From assembly GCF_009914755.1 (NCBI RefSeq), contig NC_060925.1: a stretch of 64,000 bases of DNA; one strand, written 5' to 3'. Every line of letters starts with the position of its first letter. The first letter of the stretch is position 1. This DNA is from the human T2T-CHM13v2.0 reference genome, Homo sapiens. Both the position numbers and the translations under genes were made by a program. Shown here piece after piece: positions 41,077 through 57,350 of this stretch. The notes below the pieces were generated by a model. It searched no databases. It worked only from the letters and a program-made list of their open reading frames with translations, and was not told where the DNA came from.

Positions 41077-41366
41077 ATTGAAATTTTGTTGAGATAATAC
41101 ACACACACACGCACACACACACACCATGAAGTGGAGACTGTGTTCACCACTGTGGAATGTAATCTGACATCACAAGATTGAAATTTTGTTGATAATACAC
41201 GCACACACACACACCATGAAGTGAAGACTGTGTTCACCACTGTGGAATGTAATCTGACATCACAAGATTGAAATTTTGTTGAGATAATACACACACACAC
41301 GCACACACACACACCATGAAGTGGAGACTGTGTTCACCACTGTGGAATGTAATCTGACATCACAAG
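41077..41366. repeat. Minisatellite, 3 units (100/90/100 bp), each containing (CA)n
   Basis: Units start at 41077, 41177 and 41267; units 1 and 3 are identical. Confidence 0.95.
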
Positions 41367-41744
41367 AAGCTTATTTAAAAGACCTCACCAGTAGCTAATT
41401 AAATCAAATGTCTAATACTAGCCACTTAACTGCTTGTTCTAGGAAAGTGGGCTTCTATTCTCTGTGGGGCTATATGACAGAGGATAATCAATCAATATGA
41501 TAAAATAATAGGGAATTAAGAAGATTACAAATATTTGATTTTTCCATTTACAAATTTAGGAAACTAATATGTGGAAATAATGATTTGAGACAACAAAACA
41601 ACAGGAGGATACAAAGATGGGGAAAGACACAAAAAGGGGCACAAAAGTTTTCAAAAATATGCCTTGGAAAGTAGATATAGGTTATTTAATTAGAGATAGG
41701 AATTCTACAATTAAAAGTAATTTTTCAAGTTAAATGTATCTAGA

Positions 41745-41990
41745 ACTATGCTATCAAATATGGCACCACTAGACACACGTGACTACTGTGTACTTTGAAA
41801 TATAATTCGTATAACTAAGGAGCTAAATTAGTACTTTTAATTAATTTGCATTTAAAAATTGATAGTCGATTCATTTATTGGAACATTTTTAAGTGTACTT
41901 GAAACAACCAGAGTATGGAAATCTATTTTTTTCCACTTCAAATTTCATAAAGTCTAAATACAAATTATTTCCAGTGAAAGTTTAATGTTC
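41745..41990. mobile_element. hAT-Charlie (Charlie1/MER3-related) fragment
   Basis: 'tatcaaatatggcaccactagacacacgtgactact...gaaacaaccagagtatggaaatcta...aagtctaaatac' resembles the recalled Charlie1 consensus. Confidence 0.6.
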
Positions 41991-43599
41991 CACTTCCTGC
42001 CCACAGAGCCCTCCACTGGAGTGCTTCCTGACTGTGGTGTTCCCTACCAGAACTCCCCCTACCAGAGCACCCCCTACCCATGGCACTCCTCTCTGGAGTG
42101 ACCCCACTTGCAGAGCACCATGCCAGAACACCTCCCACCTATGATGCCCCTGCTGCCTCCACTGGAGTGTCTATAATGGCAGCCCCCAATCATTTCCTAT
42201 TGAGTGCTGTTGCCAGTGGTCTGGGAGCACCTTGGCCCCTCCAGCCCAACCAGAGATTGGCCTCAAGGGACAAAGTTTTGCACCAATTTTTATTTCCACC
42301 AATCATCTGTGACAATTTCTATGGTTCTGCAGTTTCAGGACTAATTGATATTTGGCAGGCCTTTTAATTTTAGGCATTCTGGTGGTCTGCAGGGATGTTT
42401 CATTATGTATTTAAGATGCATTTCATTCATAATTAATGATTTTGAACACATTTTCAAATGTTTGTTGGCATTGCCTTTTTTTGTGTGTTGCCTCTTCAAG
42501 TTTCTTCATTATTGATTTATAGGAGTTTTTAAAAAAGTATTTTGGGTATGAGATCTTTGTTGGTTATATGCATTTCCAGTGTCTTTTTGTACCTTAGAGT
42601 CTATCTTTTTAACTGTCTTCATGGAAACATAAGTCTTTAAGTGTGTTGTAATTGGTAAAAATTTTCCTTCATGGTTGGATCTTTTTCTGTTTCATTGAAG
42701 GTTTATTTTTCTAACCTCACGAGAAATATTGAATATATTCTGCTATATTATGTTTAAAAGCTTTATATTTTACCATTAAATTTTAGATCAATTATCTACC
42801 TGTAATTAATTTTTTGCACCCGGGGTAAAGTAGGCATCAAATTTTATTTTTAACCATATGGACATTTAAATGACCGCATCTTTTTCTCTGAAGTTCTACC
42901 TTGGCCACTGCTCATGTCATATATATGCATGGTATAGTTTTTGGCCCTTATGTTGCCTATGCCTGAACAAATACCGTAGTGTTCTAATGATTGTAATTCT
43001 GTAATATATTGATATCCACAGAGCAAATTATTTTTCCTTTATGATGAAAGTTTTAGCTCTTTTCATATAATTTATATATGTTTTAGAACAGACTACAAAT
43101 TTTCACACATATACATGTGATAGCTGGGATCTTTTTGTTTTGTTTACTCTAATGTAATCACGTTAAATCTGTTGATTAAGGAAAATAGAAATATTAATCA
43201 TTTGGATCTTCAAATACATAAATACCATGAATTTTTATTGGTCTTCATTCCTCAATATATCTCTGACCTTCCTACTTGGATAAATATTATCTAAGAAGAA
43301 CACTAATTTTCTTTGGGACAAATTGGTTAGGGTCGAATTCTCTGAGGTTTCTTAATTTCTTCTATTTGTGGGGGTTAAGAGTTTTGGATGTATTATACCT
43401 CTTCAAAGCAGATGCCGAATCAAAATTTGACATGAAAGATATCTATTGGTGGAGGACACTGTCCATAGATCTAGATCTTTATTATTCCCATGTATCTTGA
43501 TGGATATGCCAAAAATGTAAGCCTCTTCTTGTTCTTTTTAAATCTAACCTTAAGGGGTATACATGCAGTTCTGCTACATGGCTATATTGCATAGCCATG

Positions 43600-43940
43600 G
43601 GCCAAGGTTGAGCACAGCTGCCTGAGACATACTTTAAAGTTGCCTCAAGGAGTGCTTCAGAAAACAAAGGAGAACCTCCAGTTTTTAAAGAAAAAGGAAC
43701 AAATCAGGAAAGGGGAGATTATGAAGTTATAAATTGGACATACATTGTGGAACTATAGGGTAATGGTTACTCTGTTCAGTGTATGGTATTTTATGGCTAC
43801 TTGGTGTCAGTCTAGAGCCCATGCAGAGAGTGGCTTCAAGAGTTGATTATTTAGCTCAAGGGAAGGAGTAAGACATGACTGTTATTGCACTTCAATGCGT
43901 TTCTTGGCCTGAAAATTAAAGGGGCTATGACTCCTCACAT
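43600..43940 (-). mobile_element. ERV1-type LTR fragment (possibly MER67-like)
   Basis: On minus it starts 'tgtgaggag' and contains 'cttgagctaaataatcaactcttgaagcc...gctcaaccttggccc'. Confidence 0.4.
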
Positions 43941-45389
43941 AAAAATATATTCTCTTTCTTACCTGGAAAACTAAGAATAATAGTATATTGAAGTAATAAA
44001 ATAATTCTATAATTACATTAATAAAGCCATTGTGATCTATAATTAGGTAATTATCACCTATGAAATGCAAAGGAAAATATATCCAAACGTGATTAATAAA
44101 TTATTACCTAAATCATTTGGAAAAGGAGCTAAGAAAAATTCTACAGTGATGCTATGAAAACATACACATTTAAAATACTCCTGCTGAGTGAAGGGGTTAA
44201 AAAAAAAGATGGTAGCTTGGAAAAAAAAATAGAAAGATGTCTTTTGGCTTTTTTTTTGATAGTATGAACCATAATGTAGTAAAGGAGAGAAAAAAATCTT
44301 CCCTAAGCAAAACCCCAAAGCCAGAAGCCTTAAAGGAAAAGATCAGTAGATTTAACTAGATTGAATAAAATCTCATGGACAAAATGTAATCACAAAAAGA
44401 GTTTTAGAAAGAAGCTTTAATTTTTCTTTTTTTCTTTGTATTTAAGAAGCATGAGACCTACAGGACCTAAATTTTCTAATATATAGAAAACTTAAGCAAA
44501 GCAATAAAAATCAAAAATATAGGGAAAAGTTATAAAAAGACATCAGACAAAAAAATTAAAACAAATGGCTCATATACTTGGTAAAACTTGCCCAGACTGA
44601 CTGACAAATATATGCACATCAGAACTAGGAGACATTTATTTCTCCTCTCGTAATGTTAAGGAAGGATGGACCTAGATTAAAAAGTTGAAATAATCTGTTT
44701 TTTTGAGACTTCCTTGCATTTCTAGGGGTAAAATGAGGCAGCTCCTGTAAAGTGTTGTTCTTTCCAAGGGCAGGATGGTCGTTAATTGGGTTCTACTCCC
44801 AGGATATTTACTTAACCAATTAGGAGAATCACCTTAAAACAGGGAAAAACCATGGGCACAGCCGTTCATGGTTCTTGCCCTGTCTGGACAAGATTGTGTA
44901 CATGATCATCTCTGCAGCTAAAAGAATCCAATGAAATTCATGCCGTTATTGTTTTCCAAACTTTTTCTGTCCTTTTCTTTGCAACCCTAGTTGGATGTCT
45001 TAACTTCTGTAACTATTCATCTTTTGTCTTTAGATTGTGAATAATTGGTCTACTTTGAAGCTCAGAAGAGTCATTGTGAATAATATGGACAGAGTAAAAG
45101 AGTTATGACATTAGCTGTTAGTGACATTAGCTCGAAGCCCACAATAGTCATAGAAAGGGGGAGACTTCACAACACCATCTCCCTGGTATCCACTGGACTT
45201 TGATGGGTGGCATCCACTAGCGGAATTCAGAAAAATGAAGGTGTGAAATCGGTTTTTATAAAGAAGAGAACCATGCTATGGAGAAGGATTACTGTATCGC
45301 CTCTTCAGAAGCCTTGTATGATGCCATCCTGGGATACAGCTGAGTAAGCCTGCATTCTTAACATCGTATAGGACATTCTAGCATAGAAG

Positions 45390-45590
45390 CCTATGGAATG
45401 AGGCCACCTGTTTTCAAATCCAGCCCCCACCCTTGTGTGACCATGGGCTAATTGCTTAAGCTCCCCACAGTTCCAATTTCTCCATATAGTTGGCATACAA
45501 GGGTTTGTTTTGAGCATTGATGTAAGTTATATCCAGTAATATTTGCAAACATCTTAGAATGTGGCTGGTGTAGGTAAGTGCTCTTGATCT
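45390..45590 (+). mobile_element. MIR
   Basis: 'ttcaaatccagc...tgtgtgaccatgggctaattgcttaagctc...cagttc'. Confidence 0.65.
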
Positions 45591-45699
45591 CACATTCCCA
45601 AAAGCACATTTCTCAGACCATGAGTCATTCCTGCCTCTGACCATCCTGCCAAAATGCATGCCTTCTCAGGTCCCCTTATTCTGAAGAAAATAAAACAAC

Positions 45700-48070
<2,371 letters not shown>

Positions 48071-48074
48071 ATAT

Positions 48075-50505
48075 GGAGTGGAGTGATGTTAGCAAGGTGG
48101 CCCTCATCTCCTCACATAGGCATCAATTTGAACAACTACCTACACATAAAATTACCTTCACGACAAGTAAAAATTATGTCACGTGGGTTTAGCACAGAAA
48201 TAATAAAAGACTTACTGAATAGGATAGGAAGGACAGCTTGACATTCCTTACATCACCCCTACATCAAGCCCAGGCAGCACAGTGTGGAGGGAGATACCCT
48301 CTGTATGAAGGAAGGAAAGTGAAGTGAACATCCAACTTTGCAATCAGTACCAGCACCAGGCCCTTGAATAAACTCTAGTGCCAGGTCAGCCCCCTTGGCT
48401 TCATGCTTCAGACTATATCTGTGGACTAAGCCTTGAAGCCCGTCCAATTGGTACGTCAACTCCCACAGCTCAGACCAGCCCCTGTAGACTCAGCCTCCAG
48501 ACCTGCCCTACCACCAGACCAGCTTCCATGGCACTAGACTACAGGCCAACTCCACAGACTAGGCTTCGGCCATCTTTAGCACTGGGCTAGCACCTGCAGA
48601 TCCCAGCTCCAGGCTTGGCTCTGTGGATATAGGCTCCAGACCTACGCAGTTCCAGGACAACCATTGTAGCCCCAGGTACCAGGCTGGCCTCTGTGGCAAT
48701 AGGGTCTAGGCCAACCACACAGACAAAGCCACTAGGCCAGCATCTGAGACCTTGTTTCCAGGCTGACTCTCATGGACTATGGTCTAGGCTAGCCCCTCAT
48801 GGCCACAAGCAACAGGCCAGCACACATGGACCCAGATCCTAGACCTCTGTGGACTAAGGCCCCAGGCTTGCCCCAGTGCCATGCTTAACCCAGACCCTGG
48901 GGTGGTCCCCATGGCCCTAGGTTCAGAGGACTCAAGACCAGGCCCACCCCTGCAGACCTAGGCTATGAGCCTATAAGCCTATCCCTGTAGACGCAGCCTC
49001 CAGGCCTGTCCCAGTACCAGGATGACTCCTGTGTACTCAGGCTCTAGGCCTATATGAACCCAGGCACCAGGCCCATCCTAGCACCAGGCTAGCCCTCACA
49101 GACTCAGTCTCAAAGCTCATCCCAGCACAAGGTAAGTTCATGTGGACCCAGGATTCAGGTTGGTTCTTATGGACACAGGTACCAGGACCACCACTGAGGA
49201 CCCAAGCACTAGGTCTTCCCTAATGTATGTAGTCAGAAAGTTCACCCAAGTGGACCTCTGTGCCAGGTCAGTTCCCATGGACCCAGAAACCAGACGCCCA
49301 AGTGGACATTAGCCTGAGGTTTTCCCCAGTGGATCTAGGTCCAGGCCAGCTCCTGTAGAACCAATAGCCAGGCCCACTCACCTGCTGACCAAAGCACCAA
49401 GCCACCCTGCTCAAGGACTCCAACAGCAAGTCTGCCTATGGATCCAGTCATATAGTTCTCCCAGAATCTCTGGGCAAGCTGATTTGTGAAGGGCTCTTCC
49501 TACATATGCCGGTCTGTAAAGATAGAAAAGGTGAAAAACTACTCAAATATGCAGGCATAAAAACGTGGCCACAGAGGTCGTAAAGAATCGGGGAAACATG
49601 AGAGCACCAAAGGAAAAAAAGGACCGGTAACCAACCCTAAAGAAATAGGATATACAAACTTTCTAACTAATAATTAAAAGTAATCTTTTTAAAGTAGCTC
49701 AGTGAGTGACAGAAAAATACAAATAAACAACTAAACAATATCAGGAAAACAATAAAAGATGAGAAATTTGACAACGAGATGGAAATCATAAAAAAAATGT
49801 TGGAGATAAAGAACATAATGTCTGAACTGAAAAATTCCATCAAGAACTTCAGCATCAAACTCAATCAAGCAGAAGAAAGAATCAATGAGTTCAAAGACAG
49901 TTCACTTGAGATTACCCAATCATTGGAATGAAAAGCAAAAAGAATAAACCATGGAAATTCTGGGACACTATCAAGAAAACTAATGCACACATTATGGAAA
50001 CTGCAGAAGAGTTAGAAAAACGGAAATAATGTTTAAAGAAATAATGACAGAAAATAATATTTAAAGAAATAATGACAGAAAACTTACGAGATCTAGAGAG
50101 GACAATGAACATACAGATCCATGAAGCATAAAGAACCCCTAATAGATGAATAAAAAGTCATCTGTACACTGAACTATAAAACACTGAAGGAAATTGAGAA
50201 GAAACAAATAAATGGAAAGATATCTCATGTTCATGGGTTTTAAAAATTAATACTGTTAAAATGTGCATAGCGCCGAAAGCATTTATGTATTCAGTGCATT
50301 TCTTACCATAATTCCAATGTTGTTTTTCATAGAAATAGGAAAAAATCCAAAAACTTGTATGGAACCACAAAAGACTGCAAATAGCCAAAGCAATCTTGAG
50401 CAAATAAATAAATAATAAAAGAAGAAAACAAACAACAAAAAAATGAAAACAAACCTGCCAAAGCTGCAGGTATCATGCTACCTGATCTAAAAATATAATA
50501 CAGAT
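48075..50505 (+). mobile_element. Old L1 (L1M/L1PB-age): GC-rich 5' UTR, ORF1 remnant, then ORF2 piece after a large internal deletion
   Basis: C-rich quasi-repetitive 5' UTR 48300-49500; ORF1-like 'gatcaagcagaagaaagaatc'-type text; ORF2 'aaatggaaagatatctcatgttcatggg'. Confidence 0.7.
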
Positions 50506-51620
50506 ATATTTGACCATTTTAAAATAAGATTGTTTGTTATTTTGCTATTTGAGGTGATTGCATTCCTTGTATACTCTGGATATTAATTATCTTTCAGATA
50601 AATGGTTTGTAAATATTTTCTCTTTTTCTGTAGGCTGTCTTTTCACTCTTTTGTTTCCTTTGTTTTGCACAAGCTTTTTTAGTTTGATGTGATCCCATTT
50701 GTTTATTTTTGCTTTTGTTGCCTGTGCTTTTGAGATCTTATTGATAAAGTGATTTCACAGACCAACTCTTGAAGTATTTTGCCTATTTTGTCTTTTAGAA
50801 GTTTTATTGTTTCTGGTCTTATATTTAAGTCTTTAATCCATTTTGAATTTTGTAAAGGGAAAGAGGTGGGGATCTAGTTTCATTCACCTGCATATGGATA
50901 TTCAGTTTTCCCAGCACCATTTACTGAAGAGACTGGCCTTTCCCCAGTAAGTGCTCTTGGTGCCTTTGTCAAAAACCAGTTGACTGTAGATACATGAATG
51001 AATTTATGGGTTTTTGTATTCTGTTTTATTTGTCTATGTTTCTATTTTTATGCCAGTACCATGCTGTTTGGTAACTATAGTATTATATTGTTTTTAACTT
51101 TTAGGTTCAGGAGTACATGTGTAGATTTGTTATATAGGTAAATTGCGTGTCGTGGGGGTTTGGTGTACAGATTATTTTGCTACTCAGGTAATAGGCATAG
51201 TACTCAATTTGTGAAGGGCTTTTCCTACACAAATTTCCTACACCTAGTTTTTTGATTCTCATGTTCCTTCCCCTACCCTCAGGTAGGCCCTTGTATCTGC
51301 TGTTCTGTATTTTGAAGTTTGGTAGTGTGATGCCTCCAGCTTTATTTTTGCCCAGGATTGCATGAGCTATTTGGGGCCTTTTGTGATTCTATGCAAATTT
51401 TAAGATTTTTCTTTCTATTTCTGTGAAGAATGTCATTGGTATTTTGCTAGAGATTGCATTGAATCTGTAGATTACCTTGGGTAGTATGGCAATCTTAAAT
51501 TAACATGGAATGAATTTAAATAATCTTTCCATTTGTGTGTGTCCTCTTCAATTTCTTTTATCAGAATTTACTAGGGTTCCTTGTAGAGATCCTTCACCTC
51601 CTTGGATAAATTTATTCCTA
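50506..51620 (-). mobile_element. Antisense old L1 ORF2 fragment, interrupted by an L1PA13-16-type 3' end (~51090-51305)
   Basis: 'ccagtaccatgctgttt' and 'tagtgtgatgcctccagcttt'; nested 'gtacatgtgtagatttgttatataggtaaattgcgtgtc'. Confidence 0.75.
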
Positions 51621-51994
51621 TTTCCTATATTTCCTGTATTTTAATAAATATATATTTATATATTTATTTTAATAATAAAATAAAATAAAATCTTTTTAAA
51701 TTAATGCCATAATTTTATTAAAAATAATTTATAAAAATAACAAATTCGTGACATGAGAAGCATTGTTGTACAACTTTGCAAATTTCTTTAATGTCTGGCT
51801 TGACAGAATGCAGTGAATCTCAGATATAATTCATTTATTCTGTTGTAATTGTTTTAGTTGAAATATGTAATACAAATGCACAATTAGAAAAGGTTAAAGG
51901 AGCACCTTCACTGCACATTAGAATAGTTCATACTATACAAATTGATCTCTTACAAAACAGTTGCAGTTTGCAATCTGAAACCATTAGCATTCTT

Positions 51995-53296
<1,302 letters not shown>

Positions 53297-53569
53297 TAGC
53301 ATTCTTAATGAATCACTCACTATTGCATGATTTTGTAACATCATGTATTGGTCATCTAGCAAATACTGGCTCACAGAATGATGCAGACCTTCTTAATATA
53401 CTTCATTATACAATGACAAAGTCAATTATGTGTATTAACAACACTTCTAATCTCATCAGAAAGATCTATAATTATTGAGAAAACATCAAGCTCATGTGAA
53501 TAACACAAGTTTCCAAAATTCAAATTTTGATTTGAAACTCAAATTTTATTATGAGCAACTCATATATAC

Positions 53570-54670
53570 ATATCTATATTTAATAATATATAGTTGCAAA
53601 TACCTGGAAGGATAATATTTAATGTTCTCAACATAAACAAGTAATAAGTGTTTGAGATGATGGATATGTCAATTACCTTGATCTGATACCTGTACATTAT
53701 ATTTATCAAAACATCCCTGTGTACTCCATAAGTGTGTATGATTATTTTATGCCAATTAAATTTTAAAATGCAATAAAAAGATACAGTAATCAAAAATGGC
53801 ATGGTACTGGCATAAAAATAGACACATAGAAATAAATTGATACATTCATGGTCAATTGATCTTTGACAAAGGTGGTAGGGACACACAATATGGAATGGAC
53901 CATCTCTTCAATAAGTGGTTTTAGAACAACTGAATATCCATATGGAGATGAATGGAATTGGACCCTTATCTGACACCATATACAAAAATCAACACAAAAT
54001 ATATTAAACACATAAACAGAAGACCAGAAACTATAAAACTAATAGAAGAAAGCACAGGGGGAAAGCTCTATGACATTGGTATGCATGATAATCTTTTAGA
54101 TATGACTCCCACAATTGACAAAACTAAAATTAACAAGCGCTAGTAAATTAAACTAAAAGTCTTTTACAGCAAAGGTAACAACCAACAGAATGAAGAGATG
54201 ACCTACAAAATGGGAGAAAATATTTGCAAATCATACATCTGATAAGGAGTTAATATTCAAAGTATATAAGGAGTTCAAATAACTCAGTAGCAAAAAACTG
54301 CCAAATAACCCAATTTTTAAAAAGAGCAAAGTACTTGAATAGACATTTCTCACAAGAAGACATTCAAATTGCCAACAGATATGAAAAAATGCTCAAAATC
54401 GTTATTCATAAGGGAAATGCCAATTAAAACCACCGTGAGATGCACCTCACACTTGTCTGAGTGGCTATGAAAAAAGTCAAAAGATAAAAAAGTTTGATGA
54501 GGGTATGGAGGAAAAAGAATCTTTCTTCACTATCGGTGGGAATGTAGATTAGTATAGCCCTTATGGAAAACAGTATGACGTTTACTCAAAAAATTAAAAA
54601 TAGAACTACTGTACGATCCAGCAATCACTATTGGGTATACATCCAAGAGAAATGAAATCAGTATGTCAAT
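53570..54670 (+). mobile_element. L1MA-type 3' terminus (53570-53780) followed by an L1M ORF2 3' fragment (53780-54670)
   Basis: ORF 53952-54143 [18 protein letters not shown]; 'gcatggtactggcataaaaatagacac'. Confidence 0.75.
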
Positions 54671-54959
54671 ATAATATTGGATGTCATGGGGTAGTAGGCT
54701 GCCCAACCTGAAACTGGCCTGGGGGATATTTGAAAGCCTAACATGGATGGTCTCTAAACCCTAGCAGTGTCCTGCACCGAAACTTCTAAGCTTAAACAGT
54801 TTTCTACACCTACACTCTAGTGAAGGATTGAATTCACTTTTGTGACATAATCTTTTAACTACAGACACATCTTACCCATTTTTATTGGGTAAAACTGAAG
54901 TTACAATTTACTTCACCAATGCTTTTATTTATTTATTTATATTCTGAGAATCTACATTT

Positions 54960-55095
54960 TTAAACTGTTATTTTAGACTCAGGGGTACATGTGCAGATTT
55001 GCACAGGTAAATTGCATGTCACAGGAGTTTGGTATACATATTATTTCATCACCTATGTAATAAACATAGCTCCTAATAGGTATTTTTTAAACCCT
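54960..55095 (-). mobile_element. L1PA15/16-type 3' terminal fragment
   Basis: 'ttttagactcaggggtacatgtgcagattt...ggtaaattgcatgtc'. Confidence 0.7.
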
Positions 55096-56290
55096 ATTTG
55101 GTATTATAAATTAGGTATACATGTTAGAAGAGCTAAAATATCTATATCAACATTGTTGCTTTTTTGAAGAAACTTTTTTTCCCTGAATGGATTTAAATTT
55201 TCTTATGTATGTATGTATTTGGTCTTCCTTGAGAAAGGGTGCACGTGTGTGTTTATAAGGTTTTAAATATTATACATGTGTTCGTTCAAGAAATTACAGA
55301 GGTCTGTGAGCAGACATTTTAATTCTAGAAAAGGACAAGCAGAAATGATCTTAGTTCATTCTCAGATGTAAAATTGTAGAAAGGAACCGGAATAGGTTGA
55401 ATAAACAATTAGATTGGATTGGATGGTTAATATCTTAAATGGAGTCTATTTAATTGAATGACCTCAAATATAATTATTTTTGCATACAGTATGTTAATTT
55501 TTTGTTAGGAAAGCAAGATAAAATAAAACCCAAGGGATTGGGCATGAGGCTTTGTTTTGAAAGAAGTTAATGTATTCCCCATATGAAAAATGCAGCTGAG
55601 AACCTGATCTCTTCTCTAAAGATATTGTATACCCAAAGCACTCCTAGTTGTTGGGGGAGATCAGTTAGCCTCTGCCCTATAAAGATGGCTGGGAGATTCT
55701 GAGTTCCTCCATGCCTGAGATCAGTTAGGGACACACATGACAAGGACATGTGTCAATAGAATAAAATCATTGACTGTATTTGAAGTGAGAGGGGATTGGA
55801 GGAAAGCATACATACTTTAAAACTTGAATAAATTATTTTAGTGATTTTTAAGAAGACTCACTATTTAAAATGTGTTCTACCACATTGTCGAATTAACATT
55901 AGAATTTATGCCCCTTTAATTCTAAATCTGAACTCACAGACAAGAAGTTTAGGAAAATTTATCTTAATATGTAGCATTTGGGAACTATATCACAGAGATT
56001 CTCATCACTAAGGTATATTTGTACTGGAGTCAGAAACTTTATCAGCTATGGGTTGTATGCAGACTATTTAACTTCCCTAAGATTCACTTTCTGTATAAAG
56101 AATGCTATATGGTTTTTATATATTTACTCAGAGGATTTAATGTGATAATTCATATAAAGTGCTTAACACGATTTCCAGCATAAGGGAGACATTTAATAGC
56201 AGTTGGTTTCTCTTCTCACTGTTATTGTGAGCATCTAGTCACACTTTCTTATCACCACATTAGTATTATTTAATTCAGTCACTGAGGTCA

Positions 56291-57235
56291 TTATTGCTGC
56301 TGAAAGACTGTGCACTTGAGAAGCATTTTCTGAAGTCCCCTCTTCATATCCCTGTTCCTTAGGGTATAGATGAAAGGATTCAGCATCGGAGCCACCATTG
56401 AATACATGATGGTTGACAGAGTGTCGCTCTCAGGCATATGGGGGGATGAAGGGCTGAAATAGACGGCGATGGCTGTGCCGTAAAACAACACCACCACTGA
56501 CAGGTGGCAGCTGCAGGTGGAAACAGCTCTCTGCTTGCCCTGAGTAGAGGTGATCTTCAGAACAGTGGAGAAGATAAGTCCATAAGATACGAGGATACAG
56601 ACAAGGGGCGTGAGAGCCAATAGACCGCCTACTGCAAAAATGATCATTACATTGAAGGAGACGTCAGAGCAAGAGAGCTGCAGGAGAGGATTGAGATCAC
56701 AGAAGAAATGATGGATGATATTGGAGGCACAGAAGGACAGCTGTGCTATTAGGACAGTATGCAGGAGGGCGTGGAGGTAAGTAACAAGCCACAGTCCAGC
56801 CACTAGCTGGACACAAAGGCACAGGTTCATTCTGGCGGTGTAATGTAAGGGGTGGCAAATCGCCACATATCTATCATATGCCATCACACACAGAAGGAGG
56901 CTGTCCATATTCACAAAAGAAACGAAGAAGAAGAGCTGGGTGAGGCAGCCTGCAAAAGAGATAGTCTTGGTGCCAGTCAAGATATTCACTACCATTTGGG
57001 GGACTGTAGTCGACGTAAAGCAGATGTCAACAAAGGCCAAGTTACTAAGGAAGAAGTACATAGGGGAATGGAGGTGAGAGTCAAAGCCAATCGTCGCAAT
57101 GATGAGCATGTTCCCCAAGGTGGTGGCTAAATACATACAGAGAAAGAGCACAGACAGGAGGTGCTGCTGCTCTGCTGAGCTAGGAAGTCCCAGAAGGACG
57201 AATTCCCTGACAACTGTTAGATTTCTTTTTTCCAT
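56291..57235 (-). CDS. OR1C1: Olfactory receptor family 1, 314 aa
   Basis: MEKRNLT N-terminus (ATG 57235); [50 protein letters not shown] motifs. Confidence 0.96.
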   Translation of the reverse strand: MEKRNLTVVREFVLLGLPSSAEQQHLLSVLFLCMYLATTLGNMLIIATIGFDSHLHSPMYFFLSNLAFVDICFTSTTVPQMVVNILTGTKTISFAGCLTQLFFFVSFVNMDSLLLCVMAYDRYVAICHPLHYTARMNLCLCVQLVAGLWLVTYLHALLHTVLIAQLSFCASNIIHHFFCDLNPLLQLSCSDVSFNVMIIFAVGGLLALTPLVCILVSYGLIFSTVLKITSTQGKQRAVSTCSCHLSVVVLFYGTAIAVYFSPSSPHMPESDTLSTIMYSMVAPMLNPFIYTLRNRDMKRGLQKMLLKCTVFQQQ

Positions 57236-57247
57236 ATTCCCAAAAAA

Positions 57248-57275
57248 TCTAGAAAAATAAGTTATTAAATTGTAA
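57248..57275 (-). promoter_or_regulatory. OR1C1 splice acceptor
   Basis: Minus: 'aatttaataacttatttttctAG|attttttgggaatATG'; AG at 57250-57249. Confidence 0.65.
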
Positions 57276-57314
57276 AAGCCAGCAGTGTTAAGTCTCTTAT
57301 TCATGAGAGAGAGA

Positions 57315-57316
<2 letters not shown>

Positions 57317-57349
<33 letters not shown>
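57317..57349. repeat. (GT)16 microsatellite
   Basis: Read directly. Confidence 0.95.

Positions 57350-57350
<1 letters not shown>

Noticed and set aside
41077-41366. Repeat array as CRISPR-like
   Set aside because: Head-to-tail units with no unique spacers, in mammalian DNA with no cas genes.
48300-49500. GC-rich quasi-repetitive block as a CpG island or novel gene
   Set aside because: CpG-poor and contiguous with L1 ORF1 remnants; it is an old L1 5' UTR.
50024-50082. 28-bp tandem duplication
   Set aside because: Ordinary slippage in A-rich L1 sequence.
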